A stretch of 64,000 nt of DNA, taken from an uncultured Actinomycetes bacterium. Its GTDB lineage: Bacteria; Actinomycetota; Thermoleophilia; Gaiellales; F1-60-MAGs149. Location: positions 70,773 through 134,772 of the forward strand of contig CAVTAC010000002.1 of assembly GCA_963732645.1 (NCBI GenBank), written 5' to 3'. The position numbers and the translations under genes are program-made. Of the stretch, positions 32,443-44,004 are shown piece by piece. The notes beneath the pieces were generated by a model. The model searched no databases and was not told the origin of the DNA. It was given only the letters and a program-made list of their open reading frames with translations. Within the stretch, counting starts at the first letter, position 1. Every line of letters begins with the position of its first letter.

Positions 32443-33344
32443 CGATCGACGAGGTGATCGCCGGCGTGCCGGCATGGGCGGGCCGCGACGTGCGGGCAGA
32501 GTCGATCGAGGGCGGCCTGACGAACGCGAACTACCGCCTGACCGTCGGTGACGAGCAGTTCTGCGTGCGCATTCCCGGGCGCGACTCGTCGCTGCTCGCG
32601 GTCGACCGCCGGGAGGAGCACCTGAACACCCTCGCGGCCGCCGAGGCCGGCGTCGGCGCGCACGTGCGGTACACGGTCGGCGACGAGCCCGTGATGGTGC
32701 TCGAGTGGATCACCGGCGAGGTGCAGACCGAGGAGACGCTGCACCGCGACGGCGCGGTCGAGCAGATCGCGGCGAGCGTGAAGCGCCTGCACGCCGGCCC
32801 GCGCTTCGGCAACGCGTTCGACATGTTCACCATCCAGCCGCGGTACCGCGCCATCTGCGCCGAGCACGGCTTCAAGATCCCCGACGACTACGACGACCAC
32901 GCCGACGTCGTGCAGCGCATGGAGCGGGCGATGGCGGTCCAGGGGGCCGACCTGGTGCCGTGCAACAACGACTTGCTGGCCGCCAACTACATCGCCACGC
33001 CCGAGGGCTTCCGGATCATCGACTACGAGTACGCGGGCATGAACGATCCCTGCTTCGAGCTCGGCAACACCGTCGCCGAGTCGAAGCTCGGGCACGAGCG
33101 GCTGGAGCGGCTGATCGAGCTCTACTTCGGCGCGCCGCTGCGGAGTCGCGTGGCCCGGGCGCACCTGTGGGCGGCGATGGCGAACTACGGCTGGACGCTG
33201 TGGGCGTGCATCCAGCGCGAGGTGTCCGACATCGACTTCGACTTCTGGGAGTGGGGCGTCGGCGACAAGTACGCCCGCGCCGTCGCCGCGTTCACCGGGC
33301 CGGAGCTGAGCGGCTGGCTCGACGACGTGCAGCGCGCAGACTGA
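32439..33344 (+). CDS. Choline/ethanolamine kinase family protein
   Basis: GGLTNANY, RIPG, PCNNDLLAANY, IIDYEYAGMND..FELGN. Confidence 0.9.
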   Translation: MTIDEVIAGVPAWAGRDVRAESIEGGLTNANYRLTVGDEQFCVRIPGRDSSLLAVDRREEHLNTLAAAEAGVGAHVRYTVGDEPVMVLEWITGEVQTEETLHRDGAVEQIAASVKRLHAGPRFGNAFDMFTIQPRYRAICAEHGFKIPDDYDDHADVVQRMERAMAVQGADLVPCNNDLLAANYIATPEGFRIIDYEYAGMNDPCFELGNTVAESKLGHERLERLIELYFGAPLRSRVARAHLWAAMANYGWTLWACIQREVSDIDFDFWEWGVGDKYARAVAAFTGPELSGWLDDVQRAD

Positions 33345-33347
33345 CAC

Positions 33348-33764
33348 TCAGCGGTTCGCGTCGTTGTCGAGCCACCGGCCCGCGACGCGCGACAGAAAGG
33401 CCGGCTGGGGCTTGAACCCGAGCGCCGCGTAGAAGGCCTGCGCATCGTCGGTCTGGAGGCCGACGTGCTGACCCGGCACCTGGTCTGCGAGGTGCTCCAC
33501 CATGGCCCGTGCGATGCCCTGGCGACGGTGGCTCGACGCCGTCCAGACGTCGATCAGGTACGCGTTGCAGACACCGTCGGAGAGCAGCCGCGCCATCCCG
33601 ACCACGCGGTCGCCGTCGTGGGCGAAGACGACGTGCTGCGACTGGGCGAACGACCGCCGCAGGGCCTCGGGCGAGCGGCCGTTGTCGAAGTCGTCGGCGT
33701 GCAGGTCGGCCTTCGCCTGCGCCCAGTCGACACCGTCGAGCGAGGAGTCGAGGCGCACCGCCAT
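33348..33764 (-). CDS. GNAT N-acetyltransferase
   Basis: VGMARLLSDG, HRRQGIARAM, FYAALGF. Confidence 0.9.
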   Translation of the reverse strand: MAVRLDSSLDGVDWAQAKADLHADDFDNGRSPEALRRSFAQSQHVVFAHDGDRVVGMARLLSDGVCNAYLIDVWTASSHRRQGIARAMVEHLADQVPGQHVGLQTDDAQAFYAALGFKPQPAFLSRVAGRWLDNDANR

Positions 33765-33773
33765 GGCCGGAGC

Positions 33774-34812
33774 CTACTCGTCGAACCCGCAGACTCCGAG
33801 GGTGCCGAGGTCGCACTGATCGGGCTGCTGCGCCTCGGGCACTGCCGCGGCGGGCTTCGGCGCCGCGGCCGGCGCCGCCCGGGCCCGCGCCTTCGGCTTG
33901 GGCTTCGCGTCGGCCTGACGCCGCGGCTCGGAGGTCACCCGCACCGTCCGCACGCGGGGCACGACCCGCTGCACCGGCACCACGGCCCGCGGTCGGCGGT
34001 GTCTCGACCACGGCGACGCGCACCACGGGCGGGTGGCCGGGTGCCGGCCGCGTGATCAGCCCCACGCCGCCCGCGGCCGTGACCGCGGCGACGATCGCGG
34101 CGCCCAGCTTGAAGGCCACCAGCGGCGCGGCCGGCGTCGGCGCGGCGCCGATGCCGAACGCGGTCGGCGGCGGGAACAGGGCGCGGAGGGCGCGGGCTCG
34201 GACGAGCGCCAGCCGGCAGGCGTCGCAGACCTCGAGGTGCCGCACGACGGGCCCGTCGAACCGGGGCCGGCCGACGCCCGCGGCGTACGTCGCGAGCGTC
34301 GGCCCCAGGCGCGCGCAGTCGGCGCCGTCCACGGCCGCCGTGGCGGTGGCGACCACGGCGCTGCGATGGTCGGCGAGCACGCGCTTGACGACGCGTTCCG
34401 ACACCTCGAGGTGCCGCGCGATCTGCGTCCGGCTCCAGCCGGCGGCGTCGAGCACCAGCACCGCCCGCGGGCGCTCGGGCAGGGCTGCGAGCGCCTGCGT
34501 GAAGGCGCGCAGCGCGCGGCGGTGCTCGTGGTCCTCGGCCGGGCCGGACTCGGCCTCGGCGACGGGCGGCGGCGCGGACGAGGTGCCCGCGGCCGCCAGG
34601 TCGAGCGCGCGGCGGCGCACGGCCGTCGCCGCGTAGGCCATGGCGCTGCGCTCGTCCCGGGGCAGCGCCGCGCCCGCCGCGAGACGCGCCAGCACGTCCT
34701 GCACGGCGTCCTCGGCGTCGGCGCCCGCACCGGCCCGCCGCGCGGTCGCGATCAGCCACGGTCGGCGGACCGTGGCCAGCCGCTCCACCATCTGCTCGAG
34801 ACCGAGGCGCAT
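33774..34812 (-). CDS. ECF sigma factor fused to ZAS zinc finger, TM and Pro/Ala tail (frameshift near 33990)
   Basis: AEDAVQDV (region 2), LAALPERPRAVLVL..GWS..IA..L (region 4), C..HLEVCDAC, then TM. Confidence 0.8.
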
Positions 34813-34859
34813 CACGCCACCGTAGGGCGGCGCCGCAGCCGGCGAATCGGCCTGGCGCC

Positions 34860-35354
34860 CTACCCCGCGCGGAGGAAGTCGAGCACCACCCGCGCCGACG
34901 GCGTCAGCGGCTCGGGCTCCTCGCCGGCCGGGAACGCGGCCAGGCCGATCACCTCGGGCGGCAGCACGGTCAGCGGCCCGTCGTAGCGGGCGCGGAACAC
35001 GCACGTCATCTCGGTCTCGTCGGGCAGCTCCATCAGGAACGTTCCGGCGTGCTCCAGCTCGGCGCCGACGATGCCGGCCTCCTCCCGCAGCTCGCGCTCG
35101 GCGGCGTCGCGATACGACTCGCCGGCGGCCACGTGGCCGGCGCACGCGAGGCACCACCAGCCGGGATTCGAGTCCTTGCCGAGGCCGCGCCGCTGGAAGA
35201 TCGTGCCCGCAGGCGTCTCGACGCAGACGAACACGGAGCGGTGGATGAGCGTGCGGTCGGCGTGGCATTCGGCACGCGTCCGGACGCCGACCTCGCGGTC
35301 GTCGGCGGTGACCACCTGGAAGCGCTCGGACTGGTCATCCGTCAGGGGGGTCAT
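34860..35354 (-). CDS. Nudix hydrolase (IDI/YfcD-like)
   Basis: HRSV, QRR..KD..PG.W, GHVAAGESY.DAAERELREEAG. Confidence 0.88.
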   Translation of the reverse strand: MTPLTDDQSERFQVVTADDREVGVRTRAECHADRTLIHRSVFVCVETPAGTIFQRRGLGKDSNPGWWCLACAGHVAAGESYRDAAERELREEAGIVGAELEHAGTFLMELPDETEMTCVFRARYDGPLTVLPPEVIGLAAFPAGEEPEPLTPSARVVLDFLRAG

Positions 35355-35370
35355 GGCTACAGTGTGCCGC

Positions 35371-36634
35371 GTGACGTGGGATGTGGCGGTGATAGGAGCG
35401 GGGTACGTCGGTCTCCCGCTGGCCGTTCGGTTCGCCGTCACCGGCACGACGGTCGTGTGCGTCGACCCCGACCCGGGCAAGGTCTCGCAGATCATGGCGG
35501 GCACCTCGTACGTCGGTGACGTGACCGACGAGGAGATCGGCCCGCTGGTGCGCGACGAGCTGCTGTCCGCGTCCACCGACTTCGACGTCGTGCGCGACGT
35601 CGGCGCGGTGATCATCTGCGTGCCGACGCCGCTGACGCAGAACCGCGAGCCCGACATGTCGTTCATCAGCTCGGCCGCCGCCAGCATCGCGCCGCGTCTG
35701 CAGCGCGGGCAGGTGGTGGTGCTCGAGTCGACCACGTATCCCGGCACCACCAGCGGGCTGCTGCGCTCGATCCTGGAGACGTCGGGCCTGGTGGCGGGCG
35801 AGGACTTCCACCTCGCGATGTCGCCGGAGCGCATCGACCCGGGCCGCACCGACTTCACCATCCGCAACACACCGAAGGTCGTCGGCGGCATCACGCCCGC
35901 CTGCACGGAGAAGGCCATGGCGGTCTATCGCGCGTGCTGCGACGAGCTGGTGCCGGTGTCCTCCCCCGACGCCGCCGAGCTGTCGAAGCTGCTCGAGAAC
36001 ATCTTCCGCTCGGTCAACATCGCCTTCATCAACGAGATGGCGATCATGTGCGACCGCATGGGGATCGACATCTGGGAGGTCGTCGCGGCCGCCTCGACGA
36101 AGCCGTTCGGCTTCATGAAGTTCCTTCCCGGCCCCGGCCTCGGCGGGCACTGCCTGCCGCTCGACCCGTTCTACCTCGCCTGGCGGGCGCGCGAGTTCGA
36201 CTACTACACCGAGTTCATCGAGCTGGCGGGCAAGGTGAACGAGAACATGCCGTACTTCTGCATGGCCAAGATCGCCCGCGCCCTGAACGGCGTCGAGCGC
36301 AGCGTGCGCGGCTCGCGCGTGCTGGTGCTCGGCCTGGCCTACAAGGCCGACATCGACGACGTGCGCGAGTCGCCGGCCGAGAAGATCATCGCGCTGCTCG
36401 AGGCCGACGGCGCGATCGTCTCCTACCACGACCCGCACGTCCTGCAGTACGGCGAGATGCGCTCCGTCGCCGATCGACGACGAGACGCTGACCGACTGCG
36501 ACTGCGCCGTGATCGTGACCGCGCACCGCGCGGTCGACTACGACCGGGTGGTCGACCTGGCGCCGCTGGTGGTCGACCTTCGCAACGCGACCGGCGCCCG
36601 CGGGGCGGCGGCCGGCCATGTCCACAAGCTCTGA
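35371..36634 (+). CDS. UDP-GlcNAc 6-dehydrogenase (WbpA-like; frameshift near 36470)
   Basis: GAGYVGLPLA, CVPTP, ESTTYPG, SPERIDPG, KLLENIFR, GGHCLPLDP. Confidence 0.92.
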
Positions 36635-37643
36635 TCCGATCCGCGTCGGCGTCGTCGGCCTCGGCTACTGGGGCCCGAACCTCGCGCGGAACCTGATCCG
36701 CGTCCCCGGCTGCGAGCTCGCGTGGTGCTGCGACCTGGACGAGGGCAACCGGGCGCGCTTCGGACCGCAGTTCCCGGGCGCCCGGTTCACCGACCGGCTC
36801 GACGACCTGCTCACCGACGACACCCTCGACGCGATCGTGGTGGCCACCGGCTCGTCCACGCACCATCCGATCGGATCGCAGGTGCTCACGGCCGGCAAGC
36901 ACCTGTTCGTCGAGAAGCCGCTGGCGCTGACGGTCGAGCACGCGGCCGACCTGGTCGCGCTCGCCGCCCGCCACGACCGGCAGCTGATGGTCGGCCACCT
37001 GCTGCGCTTCCATCCCGCGTTCGCGAAGGTGAAGGAGCTGGCCGATGATGGCACGCTCGGCCGGGTGCTGTACCTGTACACGAACCGCCAGAACTTCGGC
37101 AAGGTGCGGCAGGACGAGAACGCCCTGTGGAGCCTCGCGCCGCACGACCTGTCGCTCGCGCTGGCGCTGTCCGGCGAGCGGCCCAGCGAGGTGTCGGCTC
37201 GCGGCGAGTGCTACCTGCAGCCCGGCATCGAGGACGTGGTGTTCGGGTTCGTCCGCTTCCCGTCCGGCATGACCGCGCACCTGCACGTCTCGTGGCTCGA
37301 CCCGCACAAGCGCCGGATGCTGACCGTCGTCGGCACCGAGGCGATGGCCGTGTTCGACGACACCGAGGTCGACCGCAAGGTGACGGTGTACGAGAAGCGG
37401 TCGTGGCCGGCGCGGTTCGAGACGTGGGGCGAGTTCCAGGCGCTGCAGTCGGGCGATACGCACATCCCGCGCATCGCTGCCGACGAGCCGCTGCAGCTCG
37501 AGATGCGCGCGTTCGTCGAGGCCGTGCGCACCGGCACGACGTCGATCGCGTCGGGGGCCGAGGGACTCGCGGTGGTCGAGACGCTGGCGGCACTGCAGCG
37601 CTCGCTCGACGACGGCGGCCGGCCGGTGGTGCTCGATGAGTGA
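36618..37643 (+). CDS. Gfo/Idh/MocA oxidoreductase (WbpB-like)
   Basis: GLGYWG, FVEKP, SLAPHD; lies between WbpA- and WbpD-like genes. Confidence 0.88.
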   Translation: MSTSSDPIRVGVVGLGYWGPNLARNLIRVPGCELAWCCDLDEGNRARFGPQFPGARFTDRLDDLLTDDTLDAIVVATGSSTHHPIGSQVLTAGKHLFVEKPLALTVEHAADLVALAARHDRQLMVGHLLRFHPAFAKVKELADDGTLGRVLYLYTNRQNFGKVRQDENALWSLAPHDLSLALALSGERPSEVSARGECYLQPGIEDVVFGFVRFPSGMTAHLHVSWLDPHKRRMLTVVGTEAMAVFDDTEVDRKVTVYEKRSWPARFETWGEFQALQSGDTHIPRIAADEPLQLEMRAFVEAVRTGTTSIASGAEGLAVVETLAALQRSLDDGGRPVVLDE

Positions 37644-38283
37644 GCCCGTGCTCGGCGAGAACGTGGTCATCTATCCCGGCACGGTGATCGGCGCCGGCGT
37701 GCGCATCGGCGACAACGCCGTGGTCGGCAAGCAGCCCGCGCTGGGCCGGTCGTCCACCGCCCGCCGCGAGCCGTTGGCGCCGTTGGTGATCGGCGACGGC
37801 GCCACGATCGCGACCGGGGCCGTCGTGTCGGCGGGCGTCACGCTCGGCGCCGGCTCCGTGGTGGGCGACCTGGCGTCGATCCGCGAGCGCGTGACCGTCG
37901 GCGAGGGCAGCGTCGTCGGCCGCGGCGTCTGCGTCGAGAACGACACCGTCATCGGTGCGCGCTGCCGCATCCAGTCGAACGCGTACATCACCGCGTACTG
38001 CCTGCTCGAGGACGACGTCTTCGTGGCGCCGTGCGTGGTCACCACGAACGACAACTTCATGGGCCGCACCGAGGCGCGGCTGGCGCTGATGAAGGGCTGC
38101 ACGCTGCGCCGCGGCTGCCGCATCGGCGGCGGCGTCACGCTGCTGCCCGGCATCGAGGTGGGCGAGGAGGCGTTCGTCGGCGCCGGCGCGGTGGTGCTGC
38201 ACGACGTGCCCGCGCGTCAGATCTGGGTCGGCAACCCGGCGCGCTACCTGCGCGACGTGCCGGCCGAGCAGCTGCTCGGCTGA
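37636..38283 (+). CDS. Hexapeptide-repeat N-acetyltransferase (WbpD-like)
   Basis: Left-handed beta-helix repeats, [18 protein letters not shown]. Confidence 0.9.
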   Translation: MSEPVLGENVVIYPGTVIGAGVRIGDNAVVGKQPALGRSSTARREPLAPLVIGDGATIATGAVVSAGVTLGAGSVVGDLASIRERVTVGEGSVVGRGVCVENDTVIGARCRIQSNAYITAYCLLEDDVFVAPCVVTTNDNFMGRTEARLALMKGCTLRRGCRIGGGVTLLPGIEVGEEAFVGAGAVVLHDVPARQIWVGNPARYLRDVPAEQLLG

Positions 38284-38287
38284 CCCG

Positions 38288-39603
38288 CTAGGGCGCCGAG
38301 ACGACCTTCGAGCTGGCCTCCGCGGCCCGCGAGCCGCAGCTTCGTCGCGCCCTTGGTGCCCGCGTCGATGACGACGCGGCCCTTCTTCGACTTCACCGTC
38401 TTGAGCCGCTTCCAGGTGCCGTCGATGAGGCCCTCCAGCCCGACGTTGCCGTCGGGCGAGGTGCGGCCGAGCACGTGCACGCCCTTCGAGGTGCGGGTGG
38501 CGCGCTGCAGGTCGAGCAGCTTCAGCGAGAACCAGGTCGATCGCAGGGCGGCGCGGGTGCGCGCCTCGGAGCCGCGCAGCACCTTCTTGCCGCGGCCCGT
38601 CGTCAGCGTCAGCGTGCCGACGCGGCCCGACTTGTTGCGGGTGATGGCGATGCCGCGCACGGGGCCGGTGCCGAACAGCTTGCCGAGGGCGGTGGCCGTG
38701 AACGTGCGGGGCACCCAGCGGTGGTACGTGGCGATCGCGTCGCCGGGATCGTCGACCGCGACCAGGTACGGCACCGGCGAGCCGCTCCAGATGTCCTCGA
38801 CGTTCGCGGTGCGGCCGCCGGACGACGAGAAGAAGAAGGCCGTGATGACGCGGCCCTTGTAGGTCAGCACCTGGTTGGCCGTGGCGGCCACCGCGGCGTC
38901 GGTGGCCGGCGTCTCGGCCACGAGGCCGCCGTACATCTGGCTGCGGGTGTCGGGGTAGACGTCGAACTGGCCGCTCTTGAGGCTGTTGGCGAGCGCGTAC
39001 GACGCGCGCCGCCACGGCCTGCGCGCCGAGCGCCTCGGGGTGCCACGACGACGGCATCTCCCACGCGATCACGCCGCGCACGTAGTCCTCGAGCGCGATG
39101 TCGTCGATGGCGCGGACGCTGCCGCCGAAGCGCCGCAGCTCGATGGTGCCGCGGTACTTGCGGGTGCTGACGACGATCGGGTCGCCGCCGCCGAGGCGCA
39201 GCACCTTGCCGCGGCCACGCTCGACGCCGTCGCGGCCGACGAGCGAGATCCGGCCGCCGGCGAGCGGCTTCGCGGTCATCCAGCCGTCGACCGGAATGGA
39301 CGCGGCGCCGTCGACCTTCAGGCGCGTGCCGGGATCGGCGCGGACGGTGACGGCCGAGGCCTCGCGCAGCAGCACGCGGATGGCCTGGCCCTTGCGGTCG
39401 GCCAGCTCCGTGCCCCGGTAATAGTGGGCCAGGATCTCGGTCGACGTGGCGCCCTCACGGGCCATGCCCTCGGCGCCGCTCTGGGACAGGCCCACGCCGT
39501 GGCCCCACCCTCGCCCCGTCAGTGTGATCAGCGGGGAGGCGGTCGCAGTCGGCGCGGCGCAGAGCACCACGGCCAGGGCGGCCAGAACCTTGCGCAAGGC
39601 CAC
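38288..39603 (-). CDS. SpoIID/LytB domain peptidoglycan hydrolase (frameshifts)
   Basis: Signal peptide; [44 protein letters not shown]. Confidence 0.9.
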
Positions 39604-39646
39604 ACCTTACCCGACGATCGCGATCGTCCCACTCGAGGGCGAGGTC

Positions 39647-39934
39647 GATGTCCGTTTTCGCACGCGGTGCCAAAACGGACACGGATGGCGTGTTCCGCGC
39701 GGGGTTTGGCCAATTGCGGCACGGGTCGTGCGTGTCCGGTGCGCGCCACCCGCCGAGCGACCGAGGGGGGCGATGTCGGGCGTTCTCCGTGGTTCGCCGT
39801 GCGGGTCGGGCGTGCGTGGCGGCGGCGGATGTCCGATTTCGCACGCGGTGCGAAATCGGACACGGATGGCGTGTTCCGTGCGGGGTTTGGCCGATTGCGG
39901 CACGGGTCGTGCGTGTGCGGTGCGCCACCGGCCG
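39647..39934. repeat. Two ~108-bp direct repeat units (period 181 bp), each starting with a ~15-bp-stem hairpin
   Basis: Unit 1 about 39647-39755, unit 2 about 39828-39934; TGTCCGATTTCGCAC-GCG-GTGCGAAATCGGACA. Confidence 0.9.
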
Positions 39935-39953
39935 GCGCCTTTCGCCCCGACCG

Positions 39954-41326
39954 TCAGCCGACGATCGCGACCGGCGTGCCTCGGTAGCCCGGCAGGCAGC
40001 GCTGGACGTCGCCGCCCAGATGCCCGTCGATGACGCCCGCGTAGAGGTCGCGGAAGTCGACCGCGACGGGCACGTTGCCGTCGTAGCGCGCGCTGTCGGT
40101 GAGGTGCCAGCCGTTCGAGACGGTGGAACGCGCGGGATTGCCGACGGCGAGCACCAGCGAGCCGGCGCCGTGGTCGGTGCCGTTCGACGCGTTGTCCTCC
40201 ACGCGGCGCCCGAACTCCGACCAGACCAGCGTCAGCACGCGGTCTGCGAGACCGCGCGCCTCGAGGTCGCGCTGGAAGGCGAGGAGGGAGTCGCCCACGT
40301 CCGCCAGGTCGTCGCCGTGCGAGCCGAGCTGGTTCTCGTGGCTGTCGAACTGGCCCGCCGCCTGCACCGTCGCGACGCGGATGCCGAGGCCGGCGCCGAG
40401 CATGCGCGCCACGTTGCGCAGCGACTCGCCGGTGCCCGTCGTCGGGTACGGCAGCGGCGTCGCCGGCGGCTCCGATCCGGCCAGCGGCTTCAGCGCGTGG
40501 TTGACGTAGACGGACTGGCGCACGACGTCCATGGCGCGCCGTCGGGCCTTCGACCGGGCCGGCCCGGCGGTGCGGCCGTACGCGGAGACGAGCCGGTCCT
40601 GATCCCAGATGCCGTCCGACCAGTACGAGAAGTCCGACGGCGAGTAGACGGCGGCCGTCGGCGCGCGCCGCGTGCGCAGCAGGTCGTCGGCCGCCCACTG
40701 CACGGCCACGCCCTGCAACGGATTGGTGGCCGAGCCGTACGCGTCCAGCCAGTTGCCGAGCCAGCCGGTGGTGGCGCCGTTCAGCAGCTGCCCGGTGCGC
40801 CAGTAGTAGACCGACTGGAAGTGCGAGTAGTCGGGCTTCGGGTAGTCGACGCCCAGGTACGCGCCCACCTTGGCCTCGTCGTAGAGCGTCTTCAGGCTGC
40901 CGAGCTGCGGGTGCCAGCCGAGGTCGGTGCGGCCCGGCAGCGCCAGCGCCGAGCCGGGCGCGATCTTCAGCCGCGGCCGGGCCGCCTCGTAGATGGACCG
41001 ATCCTGCCCGGTCAGCGGCAGCAGGGTGTTGAGGCCGTCGTTGCCACCGCCGAGGTAGACCGTGACGACGATGTTCTGCGGGTTCGCCGCGGCCTCGGCG
41101 ATCGACGTCTCGAGCAGCTCCCAGGGCCGCATCCGGGTCGCCGCCGACAGCGCCAGCACGGCGCCGATGCCGCCCTGCAGGAAGTCGCGGCGACTGCGGG
41201 ACGAGCGGTAGAACGCCTCGCCGCCGTCGGCCAGCAGCTCCTCGGGGATGGGCATCCGCTCGACCACGCGGCGCGGGCGGAACAGCGCCAGGCGCGAGGT
41301 GCGGTGATGGTCGTCGCAGCCGCTCA

Positions 41327-41327
<1 letters not shown>
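39954..41327 (-). CDS. DUF1501 family Tat-exported protein
   Basis: SRRDFL twin-arginine motif, LGGGNDGLN, SHF, FDSH, WSEFGRRV..N...GTDHG, DFRDLYA. Confidence 0.92.
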
Positions 41328-42634
<1,307 letters not shown>

Positions 42635-42732
42635 GGACGCACCATTGCGGCGTCTGGCGATCTCTGCACGGCGATCCTGCGGAAAGGTCCGCGAGGGTCG
42701 GGGCGGGAGTCGCGAACGGCTACCCTGGGCCG

Positions 42733-44003
42733 ATGTTCGAGACCACGACGCTCCCCAACGGCGTGCGCATCCTGACGGCCCGCATGGCTGGCGCGCCGTC
42801 GGTCGCCGTCTTCGTCGGCCTCGCCGCCGGCTCCCGCTACGAGCAGCCGGCCGCCGCCGGCATCGCGCACTTCGCCGAGCACATGTTCTTCAAGGGCACC
42901 GAGCGCCGGCCCACCGCGCGCGACATCTCGGCCGAGATCGACGGCATCGGCGGCGAGTTCAACGCCTTCACCGGCAAGGAGCTGACCGCGTACTACGTCA
43001 AGTGCGCCGCCGACTCGGCGCCGGTCGCGATCGACGTGCTGTCCGACATGCTGCTCGACTCGCGCTTCGACGCCGACGAGATCGAGCGCGAGAAGGGCGT
43101 GATCTCCGAGGAGATCAACATGTACCTCGACACGCCGCGCGACCTGATCGGGCAGGTGCACGACGACCTGCGGTTCGGCGACACGCCGATCGGCCGGCCG
43201 ATCATCGGCACGAAGGAGACCGTGAACGCCGCCACGCGCGAGACGTTCACCGACTACCTCGACACCTGGTACCGGCCAGAGCGCATGGTGATCGGCCTCG
43301 GCGGTGCCGTCACCGACGCGATGGTCGACGACGTCGCCGCGCGCTTCGGCGGCCTCGAGGCCGTTGCGACGCCGGCGCCGCCCGCCACCGAGCTGCCGCA
43401 GATCAGCGGCCCCACGGTCGCGCATCGAGCGCCGCGACTCCGACCAGGCGCACCTGATCCTGAGCGTCGGCGGCTACCCGGTCGGCCACCCCGACCGGTA
43501 CGTGCTGTCGGTGCTGCAGGCCGTGCTCGGCGGCGGCATGTCGTCGCGTCTCTTCACCGAGGTGCGCGAGCGCCGCGGCCTCGCCTACTACGTGTTCGCG
43601 TCGCACGCGGGCTACACCGACACCGGCGCGCTGTACGTGCAGGCGGGCGTCGACACCAAGCGCATCGAGCTCGCGGTCGAGACGATCTGGAGCGAGCTGC
43701 GCCGGATGGCCGTCGAGCCCGTGCCCGACGACGAGATCGCCAAGGCGAAGCGCTACATCACCGGTCGCACCGTGCTCGGCGTCGAGGACGCGCGGGGCAT
43801 GATCCTGCACGGCCTGCGCCGCGCGCTGATCGAGGGCGCCCCGGTCGAGCTGGAGGAGATCTTCGCGGGCATCGAGGCCGTCACCGCCGCCGACGTGGCG
43901 CGCGTCGCCGGCGACCTGATCCGCCGCGACAGGGCTGCGCTCGCCGTGATCGGGCCGTTCGACGAGTCCGAGGGCCTGCGCGACGCGATCGGCGAGGAAC
44001 TGA
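42733..44003 (+). CDS. M16 (pitrilysin) zinc peptidase, YmxG-like (frameshift near 43420)
   Basis: GIAHFAEHMFFKGT (HxxEH), NAFT, LGGGMSSRLF.EVRERRGLAY. Confidence 0.93.
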
Positions 44004-44004
44004 G

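Noticed and set aside
39647-39934. Possible CRISPR array
   Set aside because: Only two units of about 108 bp, no repeat-spacer periodicity and no cas genes.
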